Notes: generated by a model from the letters alone, not told the origin. A stretch of 63,883 nt of DNA, filler included, from Octopus bimaculoides (GCF_001194135.2; 7 parts of 7 records of this genome joined end to end with filler, not necessarily neighbours in it), one strand, 5' to 3'. Counted from the whole stretch's first letter, positions 24,861-39,044 are shown. Translations and numbers: made by a program.

Positions 24861-25195
24861 TCAATCGCAATTTTTAATGGAGAGAGGGAGCTTAGGGGAA
24901 ACACAAACATTTAATCCCTTTAAACAAATCGTGTGGTCGTTTAGCAAGGAATTGCAGAACCTTCATTCATCGTCTTCACAACAGAAGGGTCCACATAACC
25001 ATGTATATACACAATATATACACATAACAATATATACACACAATATATACACACGTACACAAATGGACAAGAGATGGACAAACACGATATTATGGTATTA
25101 CATTGCTTATTAAGACATAATCCATTATTCATCTATTGTTCACTTATACTTGCATCTTCTCACCCATTGGACAAATACATACACACATGCACATG

Positions 25196-25238
<43 letters not shown>

Positions 25239-25323
25239 GTTATCATTGTTTTACTTTATTTCTCTAATATCTCCCATCTAAACTGATCAGTTCAGTTGCC
25301 AACTGAATTATTTACATAAATAT

Positions 25324-25419
<96 letters not shown>

Positions 25420-25510
25420 CTGTATTTATTATATATGTGTGTGTTTATTACATACATGTGTATATGTATACATGCATTTCATAATTGGTTCTGTCCAATG
25501 GAATAGATTA

Positions 25511-25544
<34 letters not shown>

Positions 25545-25627
25545 AATATATATTTAAATGCGCTCACATACATACCTACACATATGCATGTCTGTATGTT
25601 TCTATATATCTACATATGTATATGTGC

Positions 25628-25663
<36 letters not shown>

Positions 25664-26035
25664 TTGCACATGCGCATGTGTATATATAGTGTGTGTGTGT
25701 TTCTATCTATACATATATAAATATAGATATATGTATCTATCTACATACATACATAATATAAATCCACACACACACACACACAGTATGTGCTCCTTCGGGT
25801 AACCCCCCCCCCCATCGACCACTTCACAAAATCTTCTTTAATAAAATCCCCAACCATTGCCTCCTCAGCATTGTTCTTATTGTTACTGTCTTCATTATTA
25901 AATATTGTACAACAATTCTACAATTTAGATCTACAACAACCTTCCAGTCCTTTGTCTTCTTCTTCATCAATTCCTATTTGATTTTTCAATTCTCCTTTTC
26001 TGGGGGGGGGGGTTCTATTAGCACAGAATCTATTT

Positions 26036-26080
<45 letters not shown>

Positions 26081-26562
26081 CTCTCTCCCTACCTTTCTCT
26101 CCCTATCTCTTTCTCTTTCTCAGCCTCTGTCTTTCCTTCTTTTAATCTGAGTTATTCAATTTTCATAAAAAATATATTTATCTAGCTAGCTATCTATATC
26201 TAGCTCTCTCTTTGTATATATATGTATGTGTGTGTATATATATATACCTGTGTATTATACACACATGTATCTATAGCTCTATAAATGTTTATATATATAT
26301 ATAGATACATGTGTGTTATATATAACTTGATGAAAATATATGTCTAATAAATGTGGGAAGCATTTATTTAAATTTTTTATTCTGCTTTATATTTTTAGTT
26401 GATGTATCATTATATATGTGTATAAATATAATTACACATGTGTAATTATGTATATACGTATGTAATTATAAATATAAATATATACATATATTTATATTTG
26501 GATATATATACATACACACACATATGTATATATATGTATGTATATATATATATATATATATG

Positions 26563-26627
<65 letters not shown>

Positions 26628-27724
26628 GCATATATATATATGTTTGTATATATATATATATATTTACATACATATATATATTTACATATAAATATATATG
26701 TATGTGTATACACATATGTATGTGTGTATGTTAGTGTATTAATGCACACATACAAATGGACATAGAGACACGTACAGGTACACAAATTTATAGTTGAAAA
26801 TCTTTTCAATTCTTCCCAGTTGTCTGTTAAAAGAAAATAAAGAAGCAAACAAAGAAAGCGAGAAAGAAATAAAGAGAAGGCAAGAAGACCAAATTATTGT
26901 CTCTGTGCGCTGCTACTTTATATTTCTATGACCAGTTCCAGTGCAAATGATCCATTTTCTAATTAAATTCCAACAGAAGCTTTTCCAAAACCGATGAAGC
27001 GTACAAGAATTGAGACAAATGAGATGGAGCAATATTTCTTAAAATTTGAAATTCTTGCCAAAAAACGCAAAAATAACAACAACAACAATAATAATAATAA
27101 TAATAACAATAGTTATGTGTTATTTCTAAGAGGGTGGGTGGTGGGATATATACGTATATATTTTCATCNNNNNNNNNNNNNNNNNNNNNNNNNNNNNNNN
27201 NNNNNNNNNNNNNNNNNNNNNNNNNNNNNNNNNNNNNNNNNNNNNNNNNNNNNNNNNNNNNNNNNNNNNNNNNNNNNNNNNNNNNNNNNNNNNNNNNNNN
27301 NNNNNNNNNNNNNNNNNNNNNNNNNNNNNNNNNNNNNNNNNNNNNNNNNNNNNNNNNNNNNNNNNNNNNNNNNNNNNNNNNNNNNNNNNNNNNNNNNNNN
27401 NNNNNNNNNNNNNNNNNNNNNNNNNNNNNNNNNNNNNNNNNNNNNNNNNNNNNNNNNNNNNNNNNNNNNNNNNNNNNNNNNNNNNNNNNNNNNNNNNNNN
27501 NNNNNNNNNNNNNNNNNNNNNNNNNNNNNNNNNNNNNNNNNNNNNNNNNNNNNNNNNNNNNNNNNNNNNNNNNNNNNNNNNNNNNNNNNNNNNNNNNNNN
27601 NNNNNNNNNNNNNNNNNNNNNNNNNNNNNNNNNNGTGTGTGTGTGTGTGTGGTGATATGGAGGGAGGGAAGGAAGATACATTGTATACACGTGTGTATTT
27701 GTTTATAAATATGTAATTATATGG

Positions 27725-27775
<51 letters not shown>

Positions 27776-28083
27776 TGTATATAGGCATGTATGTATATAT
27801 GTATGTGTGTGTATATATATATGTGTATGTATGTATGTTTGTATATATATATGCACACACACACACGCATACACAAATATAAATGACATATTTACTACAG
27901 ATATGAATAGATGCAGGCACACATCCATATACACATAAATATTAATTTATATTGAAGCTGTAAACAGAATTGTATGTTTAAAAGAAAAAAAAAAACAGCA
28001 AAACAGAAACCAGAATGGTAAAAATCAATTAAAATATTATCTGTCTCTCCATCTCTACCTATCTATGTGTTTGGGTGTCTCTG

Positions 28084-28144
<61 letters not shown>

Positions 28145-30344
28145 TTATATACACAAACACATACATAAAAGTGTGCAGTTATACATGCATGCAAGTACGT
28201 GTGTGTGTGCTAATTGTAGCGACATCAAGCTTGGTTGGTGTTTATGTAGATGGTACACTACATCAACAGTAAATTCATAACAGATGATGTCATTGAAAGG
28301 AGGTGTGTCTGTGTGGTGGGAGGGGGTGAAATTAGCTCCACCCACTTTATCAAATATTATATATACATGCATGTGTTTGTCTCTCTTTATGTATGTGTGT
28401 GTGTGTGTGTGTGTGTGTGGTTGCACTTTGGTGTTGAAGCAACTCTCCCATTGAGACCAAACCTGTGAACCTGGTTCAGTTCCTTGTCATAGCGCTGTAT
28501 TGCTGAATCGTTTCATTTTTATCAATATAATTCTTCCTGGGGAAAGTTGTGAAGAACCACAAACTCCTTTCTCTTCCTTTTTATTCTCCTCTCACACCCC
28601 ACTCCCCGTCTTCACCCTCCATTAAGTACCTGAGATTTCGTGCAAACCAGAGAAATGCAAGGGGTAAACCACTCTACTGTCCTCGTATGGGACTGAACCT
28701 GGAACCATGTGGTTCATGCAACACCATGGATGTACTTTGTCAAAAAAAAAAAAAATTTTTATTCTTTTATTTATTTTAGTCATTAGACTGTGGCCATGCT
28801 GGGGCACCACCACCTTCCTAATGCCAATCACTTCAAGAATGTAATGGGTGCTTTTTACATGACACCAGCAACAGTCACAGCTACAATTTCACAGAAAGCC
28901 TGTCATGTTTACAAGCAATGTGGGTTCATGCCCTACAGGCAGCCTTTGACTTTTTCTATCCAAGGTTTTTTTTACCCAATATTTACATGTTATTATTCAT
29001 AGTTTTATTTACTTTGAGATTCTCAACTCCAAAAATGCATTGTTCCATGTTCTCAAAGTTGCTAACTTCTTATGATGTCAACAATATACATATATGTACC
29101 TACAAACACACACACACACACACACACACATGTGCTCCAATGTCTGGCAACTGACTTGATAAACACCCACAAAATTAATAACCATCATGCCATGTGAGAT
29201 GAAACACATGTGGGCATGCCCTACAAAGTCAGAAAACAGCACAACTCCCATGACTTTTGGAAACATTTTTTGCACACCTGCAGAGGAAATGCTGCTTTTA
29301 GTTTATAAGGACCTTTCCAGATATAATCGAAGAACAGGGAATCCCATACTTGCAGCAGGTAGCATTTGCTGGTGAGAGTACAGAAATCCTGGTTTCAGGG
29401 AGTCTAAGAGGATCTTTGCTCACTCAGCTATGCAAAACTTGCAGTGACTGCACCCATTAATGTAGGGCCCCAGAATCTGTATTTTGTGGCTTCTATGAAT
29501 ATTCACTGCAGAGGAAGCAAATAGCCACAACAGCGAAACATGTGTAGGGAACAAATGGTATCAACTGCATTTTGTGTTTATCATACTAATAAATGTTTAT
29601 TTGTGTGTATATAGTTTGCTCTGCTTTGTAAACATTTCAAACCTGATGCCAAAGTCAACCTCATTAATTATCCATTTACCTCTTCCTCCAGCCTCTTCTT
29701 GCTTTTTACTCTTTTATATCTCTGAGTTCATCTTTTTGCTCTTCCCCCCTCCTCTTTCTCCCTCCTCTTCCTCCCTCCCTCTTCTTCCTCCCTCCCTCTA
29801 TCTCACAAACCAGATTTAATCGCATCTCTGCTCTTTATTCTTCCCCTTCTGTCTTCTTCCCCTCCTTCCCCCTTACCTATATAACACCACCCCACCCCAC
29901 CCCCACCGGATAATTTACTCTGACTCTATTACATCCTCTGTTTTCTAATCTCTCTTATCCGTCCACCTCCTCGTATTTCACTTTCACTCCTCACACCAGC
30001 ACCATCACCACCACCACCACTTATTTCTTGTCTCTATCTTTTTCTCAGTGTCATTAACTCTACCTTCTCTCCATCCGTTAATCCACTTCCTCCTTCCCTT
30101 CTCCCACACCTGCAAGGTTCTTCTTTCACCTGAGGGGCAACTTGATGAAATAGTCTATTTATGGTTGTTCGATGTGCTAGAAATAACAACTAAATCTCTT
30201 TGCCCACACTCTACTTTGGATAATGTGGCTGTGGGCTTGCTGCCCTGCCCAAAGGAAAAAGTTGGTCTCCGTAGAAATCAGAACTTGGCAAAAATGCCAC
30301 AAAACATTTTGTTTGATGCTCAAACGCTTCTGTCAGCTTGCCAC

Positions 30345-30790
30345 CGTGGTTTCAAATTTTGACACAGACCAGAAATTCAAAGAAGATGGGGTTAGTTAAT
30401 TACATCAACCCTAGCATTCAACCAGTCCCTATTTTGTTGACCCTGAATGGATGACAGGCAAAGCTGACCTCTGTGGAATTTGAAACAAAAGCCAGGAGAG
30501 ACGCCATCCAGCATTTTGTCCCACCGTGCTCATTGCTTCTGCTAGCTTGCCATCTTGATAATGAGAATATGAATAATAATGTTGGTTTCTAACTTTGACA
30601 CAAGGCCAGCAATTTCAGGAGTGGGGGCTAAGTCGATTACATTGACCCCCAGTGCATAACTAGTACTAATTTCATCGACCTCGAAAAGATGAAAGGCAAA
30701 GTCAGCCTTTGGTAACATTTGAACTCAGAATGTGCAGATAAGCAAAATGCTGCCAAGCATTTTGCCCGGCATGCTAACAACTCTTCCATT
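30345..30790 (-). mobile_element. Two SINE family D copies
   Basis: gtcgattacattgacccccagtgcataactagtactaatttcatcgacc...aaaggcaaagtc. Confidence 0.8.
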
Positions 30791-31380
30791 AATGTTGTCT
30801 TAATTATAACAACAACAACAGACTTCTCTTTTATTTGGCACAGATGAGGGGGACACAAAAATGGTGAGTAAGGATTACATAGAAATCGAATGAGGTAAAA
30901 CAATAAATGAACTGGAAGGTAAAAATGGTGAAGGAAATTTGATAAACTCTCAAGAGCTGTTATTTTGGTGCCATATAGCAACCCCACACGTACTAGATTA
31001 CCTTGGTTAGCAAGGATAAGGACCCCTCACTCTTCACTAGCTCCTTGACCTTTAAGGGCAATGCATGCTAGGAATAGGCCCTCCCCCCTATTTTTTTACT
31101 TGTTTCAGTTATTAGACTGGCCATGCTGGAGCACTGCCTTGAAAAGTTTTTAGTTGACCATGAACAGTCTCCTGATAAACAGGTAAGATTTGAGAGGGAC
31201 TTGACTGTTATTTCTAGCAAGTTAGATGACCTTGAAGAGTTGCCTGATGATTGTGGTAGCAGCAGTAACGGTGGTGGTGGTGGTGGTGGTGGTGGTGGTG
31301 GTGTGGAAAGGTGGCAGTGGGGATGTGGAATTTTTATGATGTTAATAATTATGATGGTGGTGGTGCTGATAGGATGGTGA

Positions 31381-31480
31381 NNNNNNNNNNNNNNNNNNNN
31401 NNNNNNNNNNNNNNNNNNNNNNNNTTAATTAATTAANNNNNNNNNNNNNNNNNNNNNNNNNNNNNNNNNNNNNNNNNNNN
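31381..31480. other. 100-bp scaffold join with TTAATTAATTAA
   Basis: 44 N + 12-mer (31425-31436) + 44 N. Confidence 0.95.
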
Positions 31481-32739
31481 TATATATATATATATACTAC
31501 AAATGTGGAAAATCAGTGTGTGTTTGTTTGTGGCGTTGTTAGCTAACTCTTCCTACATCGTTTTATTGATTTTGATGATACTTGACACGTGGTTAGAACT
31601 CATGTCTGGAAACCTCATGACATACTTAGATTGTTGAAAAAAATCGATAATGCAGTCTCTGGAAGGGACCTTTATATCTACCTTATATAAGTAATTTTTT
31701 TTAAACACCCAAGGGAAATAAGTCATACCACCGACTCAAATATTTTTTAAACACTCAAGGGAAATAACCCATTTCATTGTTTATGTTTGATTACTTTGAA
31801 CCAACAATCAGCCAACCTAATTCTGCATTTCACTACTCACAGTTTCGAACTGCTAAACATTATTATTGCACTTCCTTAATTTGAATTTCTTCATTCATAC
31901 ATTTTTTACATACATACTTTTATAAATGTCCATTACTCCGATAATTCTGCATTTTTACAGTTACACTTTCTCCATGACAATAGGTAAATTTTTTTTCCAC
32001 AATGCATTTGTAGTGGCTTCATGCAGGCATAGCATCGATTCGATCCTCGATTGCCAAATTTCACTAAACACTTCAACGGCGCTTTTATCACGGTAAAACA
32101 ATAGTTTTTCTATGAATGACAGCAGTTATACATTTCCCAGATGCCTCCGCTAAGCAGAATAATGTCTTTGCCACTTGACCCTTCTAACCTCTTCTAGGCC
32201 ACCAGAGGCTGGAATGGAGATAACAGACCTCCAACGAAATCATTTGTTCTCAACAATATGTCTATCCTTCTGGCTGTTCTTCGATAGTTATAAAAACAAG
32301 AACTCCGTAAGCTAAATGCAGTTACTGACAGTGACCACCAGTGATTGTGAACGTTATTATTGCACTTTCTTCTAACACTTCATTCATATAGTTCTATACA
32401 TATATTACCTTTAATAAATTAGCCTTCATAAAGTTCACCTTTAAAATTCCACGAGTCAGAGTACAACTGGGTGCTTCTACTTCACTAGCTGCTCTAATGC
32501 AACAATGGCAATCTCAAGTAAGTCTCTGATTCATTATGATTCATATTTACAAAATAAAACAATTATTCTTCGTCTATTTTAATTCAATATCTAAACAGTT
32601 ACATACATACTGCTGTAATTTATTTACACATTGCATTAATAGACATTTTTTCAGCATCCCCAAATAACTAAATGCTGCCAATGCATGCAGGGTTTTCAAT
32701 TAAATTTCATTACACTATGAATGCCCATAACTCCGACAT

Positions 32740-33628
32740 TGAACATATAACTCAATTGATACTGTGCTCCACACTAATGATGCTGTTCATTACCTCGTTG
32801 AATTCCTCAATAGTCTTGCACCTTCAAGTCTACCACCGCATGAATTGCATCTAAAGGTTGGAGCCCCAGTTATGCTTTTAAGAAACCTTGATCCTCCAAA
32901 ATTATGCAATGGCACAAGACTTATTATCAAAAAATTAATGCAGACAGTGTTGGAGGCAACAATACTGACTGGGAAAGCAAGTGGTGAAGATGTTTTCATT
33001 CCAAAAATTCCTTTGATTGCTGCCGACACACAAATTGATTTCAAAATGCTACAATTCCCACTGAGATTAAGATTTGCAATAAGCATCATCAAAGCACAAG
33101 GTCAGACATTGGAAGTGGTTGGCCTTAATCTTGTAGGACCTGCTTTTTCTCACGGACAGCTCTATGTCGGACGCTCTAGAGTTGGAAATCCGGAAAATTT
33201 ATTCATCTATGCACCAAAACCAAAAACATTGTGTATCACGAAGGCCTGCAAGACTGAAATTTTGGAACAAAGATGCCTCTCCCTCTGACAACCTCTCTTG
33301 CCAACCTACGACAACCTTCCTCACCAACCTCCAAAAACCTCTATTGACAACCTCCGACAATCTCTCTCGCCAACTTCCGACAACCTCCAAAAACCTCTGA
33401 CAAACTCTCTCACCACCCTCCGACAATCTTTTTCACCAGCCTCCGAAAACCTCTCTTGCCAACCTCCAGCAATCTCTCCCTCCTCTAGCTGACAGTTTTT
33501 GTACATTTTCTTAATGGAAAATACACCTTTTGTGGCATTTATAACGAAATAGCTTTCTTATATCAGAGTAATAAGGCATTTCAATAGAACATCTTTACCC
33601 CCAGGAATTACCAGGTACACCAGCTAGT
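32740..33628 (+). mobile_element. Helitron 3' fragment: PIF1-type helicase C-terminus, 3' minisatellite and CTAG end
   Basis: EFLNSL....LPPHEL.LKVGAPVMLLRNLDPPKLCNGTRL, QFPLRL.FA.SI.KAQGQTL, FSHGQLYV..SRV; degenerate hairpin then ctag|t at 33624-33628. Confidence 0.92.
33280..33490. repeat. C-rich minisatellite of ~10-13 bp subunits (caacctccga-like)
   Basis: Repeated gacaacct(c/t)/ccaacct(c/a) units. Confidence 0.8.
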
Positions 33629-33779
33629 ATAAACATATATATATGGGGTTAGTAGCCTGCACTCTTAACTACTATGCCATATGCATAGTGGTTAATCCAA
33701 TTGTACTAAATAGTGCAGAATTAATCCACTTGTACTAAGTAGTGCACTTAGTTTTGCTAAGAAATTTTTTTACCTAAGT

Positions 33780-35270
33780 TTAAGAGAAATTAAAGATATT
33801 TTGGAAGCTAGGAAGTCTATCATTGTATTCAATAACAAGTACTGGGCCAGAACAAATACTACCAATTATTTTGACATAACAATGGGCTCAGCTGATTCAG
33901 CCTAAGTTACTTATTTAGCGGGTATTTAAATACTACATCATTGCCACAATGAATTCCTGGAAATTAAAGGCGGTCTCTATAGAGTTGATGCACTATTTTT
34001 GATAAATAGTAAGTCCAATAGAAAAATAAACCTATATATAAAAAAGTAACATAATTTTTTCAAAAGATTTGGTTTATCTATCTAGATGTAAATCTGAACC
34101 TTGTTATTGACCTATACAGTCCCTATCATAAGTCAAATAGTAGCTTAAAAAACATTAACTTTCACAATAACCATCCTAAAGCTTTGACAAGAAATCTGGT
34201 TGATAACATTTTGAAACACGTTTCCTAATTGTCATCTAATGAGGAAATCTTTAATAATAATATAGAATACTATAATAATGTACTTAAAAAGGCAGGATAC
34301 TGGAATAGTATAGTATACTGTAATAAGAATGAGAACTACATCAAATCTTATTATAATAATGGAAAACTGATTGACAATGAAGTGGGTGAATATAATAGTA
34401 GAAAGATATCCCATTTATTTGTAAATAGTAATGATATGATTAACAATAGCATTAATATTAAGAAGAACAAGAGTAGTAAATATACCCTGAATAAAAATAA
34501 ATATTTAAATAAACTTAGGTCTAACGATAATAAATATACGCCATATGACAATCTAAATACACCCAATGATGTTAATTATAATGAAAATAATTATATTTGG
34601 TTTATCATTCCTTATGCATGACAAATAAAAATGAAACTGGTCAAGCTATTTTACAGATCTATATCGAAGCACTTTAATAAAGAACATAAATATTATAAAA
34701 TAATTAATATTAAAAGGATTAGAATGGGATTTTCAGTACCTAAAACTTTGTTTAGAATTATCTCCTCCTTCAATAATAAAAGTTTGGACAATTTTTATAA
34801 CAAAAGAAAAAATAACAATAATATTACAGATAATGATCTAGCTAGGAACTGTGATTGTAGATATAAGGATAAATGTTTATTTAATCATTTTTGCTTCCAG
34901 AATAATATTGTATATAGATGAAGGGTGGATTCGGAACAAAAACATTATTTTTACATAGGGTCTACAGAAAATTTTATTAAAAAATGGATAGCTAACCAGA
35001 TCACTTTAGGAATAGAGACAGATTTAACAGTACTAGTCTAAATAAACTAATTTGGGAATTGAAGGATAGTAAGAAATCTTACAAAATAAATTGGAAAATA
35101 CTTAGTCATGCTAGATCATATAAAATTAATGATGCTAGATCATATAAAATTAATGATGCTAGATGCAACCTGTGAATAGATGAATTATATCAGATATTAA
35201 CATTTAAGAAGAAATTGCTTAATGAAAGACGTGAGAGTGTTCCATCTTGTACACACTATTCTAAATACGT
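33780..35270 (+). mobile_element. Penelope-like element: RT C-half plus GIY-YIG endonuclease, decayed
   Basis: ARKSII.FNNKYW, LFDITMGS, SSNEEIF.....YY..VLKKAGY, IWFIIPY, KHF...HKYYKIIN, NCDCR.KDKC, NNIVY, FYIGSTE, CNL; all typical of the Penelope-like ORF. Confidence 0.85.
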
Positions 35271-35666
35271 GTTTAGAAAATTTTATCAAGTGCGTATATC
35301 TGTACTCGTATGTTTATAAGTGTACATATATCTGTATATATGAATAAATATATGTTCGTGTTTATGCATGTAAGCGCTTGTATACAGACATATGTTATTT
35401 TAATTTTTTTTCTTATATTTATATCTGATGCCATTGATATATAGTTTTGCATATCTATGTGCTTCAGTGTGTATATAGGAAAGTACATGTATATGTGTAA
35501 ATATGTATATGTAGATATGTGTATGTGTATATGCATGTGTGTGTGTGTGTATATGTATATATATATGTGTGTGTGTGTCTGTGTGTATTTGTATGGCTAT
35601 GTGCATAGGTATGGATATGTATATTTATGTATATATGTGTGTAGATATGTATATCTGTGCATGTAT

Positions 35667-36010
35667 GGATGCGCATTGGCCCAGTGGTTAGGGCAGCGGA
35701 CTCGCGGTCACAGGATCGCGGTTTTGATTCCCAGACCAGGTGTTGTGAGTGTTTATTGAGCGAAAACACCTAAAGCTCCACAAGGCTCTGGCAGGGGATG
35801 GTGGCAAACCCTGCTGTACTCTTTCACCACAACTTTCTCTCACTCTTACTTCCTGTTTCTGTTGTGCCTGTAATTCAAAGGGTCAGTCTTGTCACACTGT
35901 GTCACGTTGAATATCCCCGAGAACTATGTTAAGGGTACGCGTGTCTGTGGAGTGCTCAGCCACTTGCACGTTAATTTCACGAGCAGACTGTTCCGTTCAT
36001 CGGATGAACT
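35667..36010 (+). mobile_element. SINE family B, near full length (tRNA-like head)
   Basis: tggcccagtggttagggcagcgg...ggttttgattcccagacc; reverse complement of 47566-47930. Confidence 0.9.
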
Positions 36011-36809
36011 NNNNNNNNNNNNNNNNNNNNNNNNNNNNNNNNNNNNNNNNNNNNNNNNNNNNNNNNNNNNNNNNNNNNNNNNNNNNNNNNNNNNNNNNNN
36101 NNNNNNNNNNNNNNNNNNNNNNNNNNNNNNNNNNNNNNNNNNNNNNNNNNNNNNNNNNNNNNNNNNNNNNNNNNNNNNNNNNNNNNNNNNNNNNNNNNNN
36201 NNNNNNNNNNNNNNNNNNNNNNNNNNNNNNNNNNNNNNNNNNNNNNNNNNNNNNNNNNNNNNNNNNNNNNNNNNNNNNNNNNNNNNNNNNNNNNNNNNNN
36301 NNNNNNNNNNNNNNNNNNNNNNNNNNNNNNNNNNNNNNNNNNNNNNNNNNNNNNNNNNNNNNNNNNNNNNNNNNNNNNNNNNNNNNNNNNNNNNNNNNNN
36401 NNNNNNNNNNNNNNNNNNNNNNNNNNNNNNNNNNNNNNNNNNNNNNNNNNNNNNNNNNNNNNNNNNNNNNNNNNNNNNNNNNNNNNNNNNNNNNNNNNNN
36501 NNNNNNNNNNNNNNNNNNNNNNNNNNNNNNNNNNNNNNNNNNNNNNNNNNNNNNNNNNNNNNNNNNNNNNNNNNNNNNNNNNNNNNNNNNNNNNNNNNNN
36601 NNNNNNNNNNNNNNNNNNNNNNNNNNNNNNNNNNNNNNNNNNNNNNNNNNNNNNNNNNNNNNNNNNNNNNNTATGGAAGTCTCTATATTAATATGTGTAT
36701 ATGTGTTCATATAACTTACTGTTAATGCGGGTGTATGTATGTATATCTGTATATATGTATATATATATGTGTATATGTGCATGTGGATATTTGTGTGTGT
36801 GTGTGTGTG

Positions 36810-37575
36810 AATGATGGTTCTCCAGAGGACCATCATGGTTTCATTATCTCTAGTTCTGAATGTTCTCAGGATCCAGCCAGCTAGTTGCACTTTATGGCCA
36901 TCTTGGTAATGTGCACTTGGAAAGAGGTATCATCACTCATGTCAATACCCAGGTCCCTCACTGATTTAGTCTCTGGGATTATAATTCCTGTGGACCAGTG
37001 TACCCTGTAAGCTTCATATTCAGTTTTGGACACAAGGCCTGGAATTTTTCAGCATTAAACTGCATATTATTCTCCTCAGCCCATCTGTAAATTGAGTCCA
37101 AATTCTGCTGCAGAGGTGCAACATTGCTGGGGTTCTGTATTTTCTGTGAATCTTTCGTATCGATGCATAGCTGGTAAGGGTAGCTATCCTGGCAGTTGAA
37201 GGCATATCTGAGAGGGCCACTATGAAAAGCAGTTGTTCCAAGACAGTGCCCTGTGGAACAACACTCACTATTTGTGTTTGCATTAAGGTGGCTCCATTGT
37301 CCACTACTGCCTGACTTGTAGCTTTCAGAAAGTCAAGTAACCAGTCTCTAAGTTTTCCAGCTATACCGAGATCATGCAGTTTGCGGCATGTCATACCGTG
37401 ATCCACGTTGATAAAAGCTTTTGCAAAATCAAGGTATATTACGTCTGCATTTGAAGTGTTGAGTAATTGTCTCAACAGCCAGTCATAATGCTACAAGAGT
37501 TGGCAGCTCCTACCTGGTCGAAAGCCATGCTAGGTATCAGTCAGTAAGTTATTTTCTTCAAGGAATGCAATGTAT
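36810..37575 (-). mobile_element. CR1/L2-type LINE RT remnant
   Basis: YLDFAKAF.NVDHG, GIAGKLRDWLLDFL, VPQGTVL..LLFI, VRDLGI.MS, LAGWILRTF. Confidence 0.9.
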
Positions 37576-37604
37576 TCCATCATAAATATATATATTTATA
37601 TATA

Positions 37605-37657
<53 letters not shown>

Positions 37658-37670
37658 AAATATATATATA

Positions 37671-37770
37671 NNNNNNNNNNNNNNNNNNNNNNNNNNNNNN
37701 NNNNNNNNNNNNNNTTAATTAATTAANNNNNNNNNNNNNNNNNNNNNNNNNNNNNNNNNNNNNNNNNNNN
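37671..37770. other. 100-bp scaffold join with TTAATTAATTAA
   Basis: 12-mer at 37715-37726. Confidence 0.95.
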
Positions 37771-38325
37771 AAGGCCTCTGCCAGAGATGTAGCCAGCCCA
37801 CTTATGCGTACCTTTCCTACATTGGACACTAAACTCCGCTTGCGAAGACTTGTTGAGGCATGTGAAATCGAACTAAATTCGACGACTGGCACCCGTGCCA
37901 ACGTCGTCTCCTTCATTGAACACGAAACTTAGCTTGCAAAGACTTATTGAGGCAAGCGAAAGCGAAATCGGGATAGCACCTGTGCCCAGCGTCGCCTTTC
38001 TGGCACCTGTGCCCATGACATGTGTAAGGATTTTCGAGCGAGATCCTTGCCAGTGCCCTTGGACTGGCTCTTGTGCAGGTGGCACATAAAATACACCAGT
38101 TTGAGCGTGGCTGTTGCCAGTACCACCTGACTGGCCTCCATGCGGGTGGCATGTAAAAACACCCACTACACTCTCAGAGCGGTTGGCGTTAGGAAGGGCA
38201 TCCAGCTGTAGAAACTCTGCCAAATCAGATTGGAGCCTGGTGTTGCCATCCGGTTTCACCAGTCCTCAGTCAAATCATCCAATCCATGCTAGCATGGAAA
38301 GCAGACGTTAAATGATGATGATGAT
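37771..38325 (+). mobile_element. Family F: RTE-type LINE 3' UTR with internal repeated modules and a (GAT)n tail
   Basis: Ends ...ccatgctagcatggaaagcagacgttaaatgatgatg; related pieces at 19635, 40770 and 44260. Confidence 0.75.
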
Positions 38326-38804
38326 GATGATATATATATATATATATATATATATAGATATATAGTACACGCATGTATATATTCTTTAAATTAGTATTTT
38401 GTATAGTACGCTTTTCTTGATGGTGTCTGACCTCCTTCATCATTTGAGTTGCACCAAATTCTATTGTAATGTAATGTCTAGTCATGTATTTTGTTGAACT
38501 TGTGGCAAATAACAAAAATCTTCTGTCTTCCACAGGTGAATCGATTCTTCCACCAATCGATGATGTAATGTCCCTGTTTATGCGGTCAATGTTTAAACCG
38601 GATCCAATGGGTAGTAATCTATTGTTTGCCACCCAAGCTGACCACTTGAGCCATCTCTTTCTCAAGACTGGTTTCTCTAGTCTCTCCGAAGTGGTAAGAC
38701 ACAGTATTGTTGTTGTTGTTGACGTTTGTATGTCAGACTCTTTGAGAAGTTTTTTTGGGACACAATATAGCAGCTAGTGTTTGTATATACATTGTCTTGG
38801 GACA

Positions 38805-38960
38805 AGCGTGTCTGCATGGTTGAGAAGCTTGCTTCCCAACCACTTGGTTCTGGGTTCAGTCCTACTGCAAGTCATCTTGGGCAAGTACCTTCTACAAATA
38901 GCCCTAAGTTGCGTATGGATTTAGTGGATGGAAACTGAAAGAAATCTATCATATGTGTGT
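38805..38960 (+). mobile_element. SINE family A 5' half
   Basis: agaagcttgcttcccaaccacttggttctgggttcagtcc...ggaaactgaaagaa. Confidence 0.8.
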
Positions 38961-39044
38961 GTGTGTATGTATGTTTGTATGTACATATATATATATATAT
39001 GTGTATGTATATACATTTATATATATATATATATATTTATATAT

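Noticed and set aside
29300-29460. Open frame FIRTFPDIIEEQGIPYLQQVAFAGESTEILV
   Set aside because: No domain recognised and the splice sites are ambiguous.
31830-32470. Cys-rich minus-strand traces vaguely like a piggyBac C-terminal or RING domain, with a short internal duplication (ttattattgcactt)
   Set aside because: It needs several assumed frameshifts and cannot be supported without a profile search.
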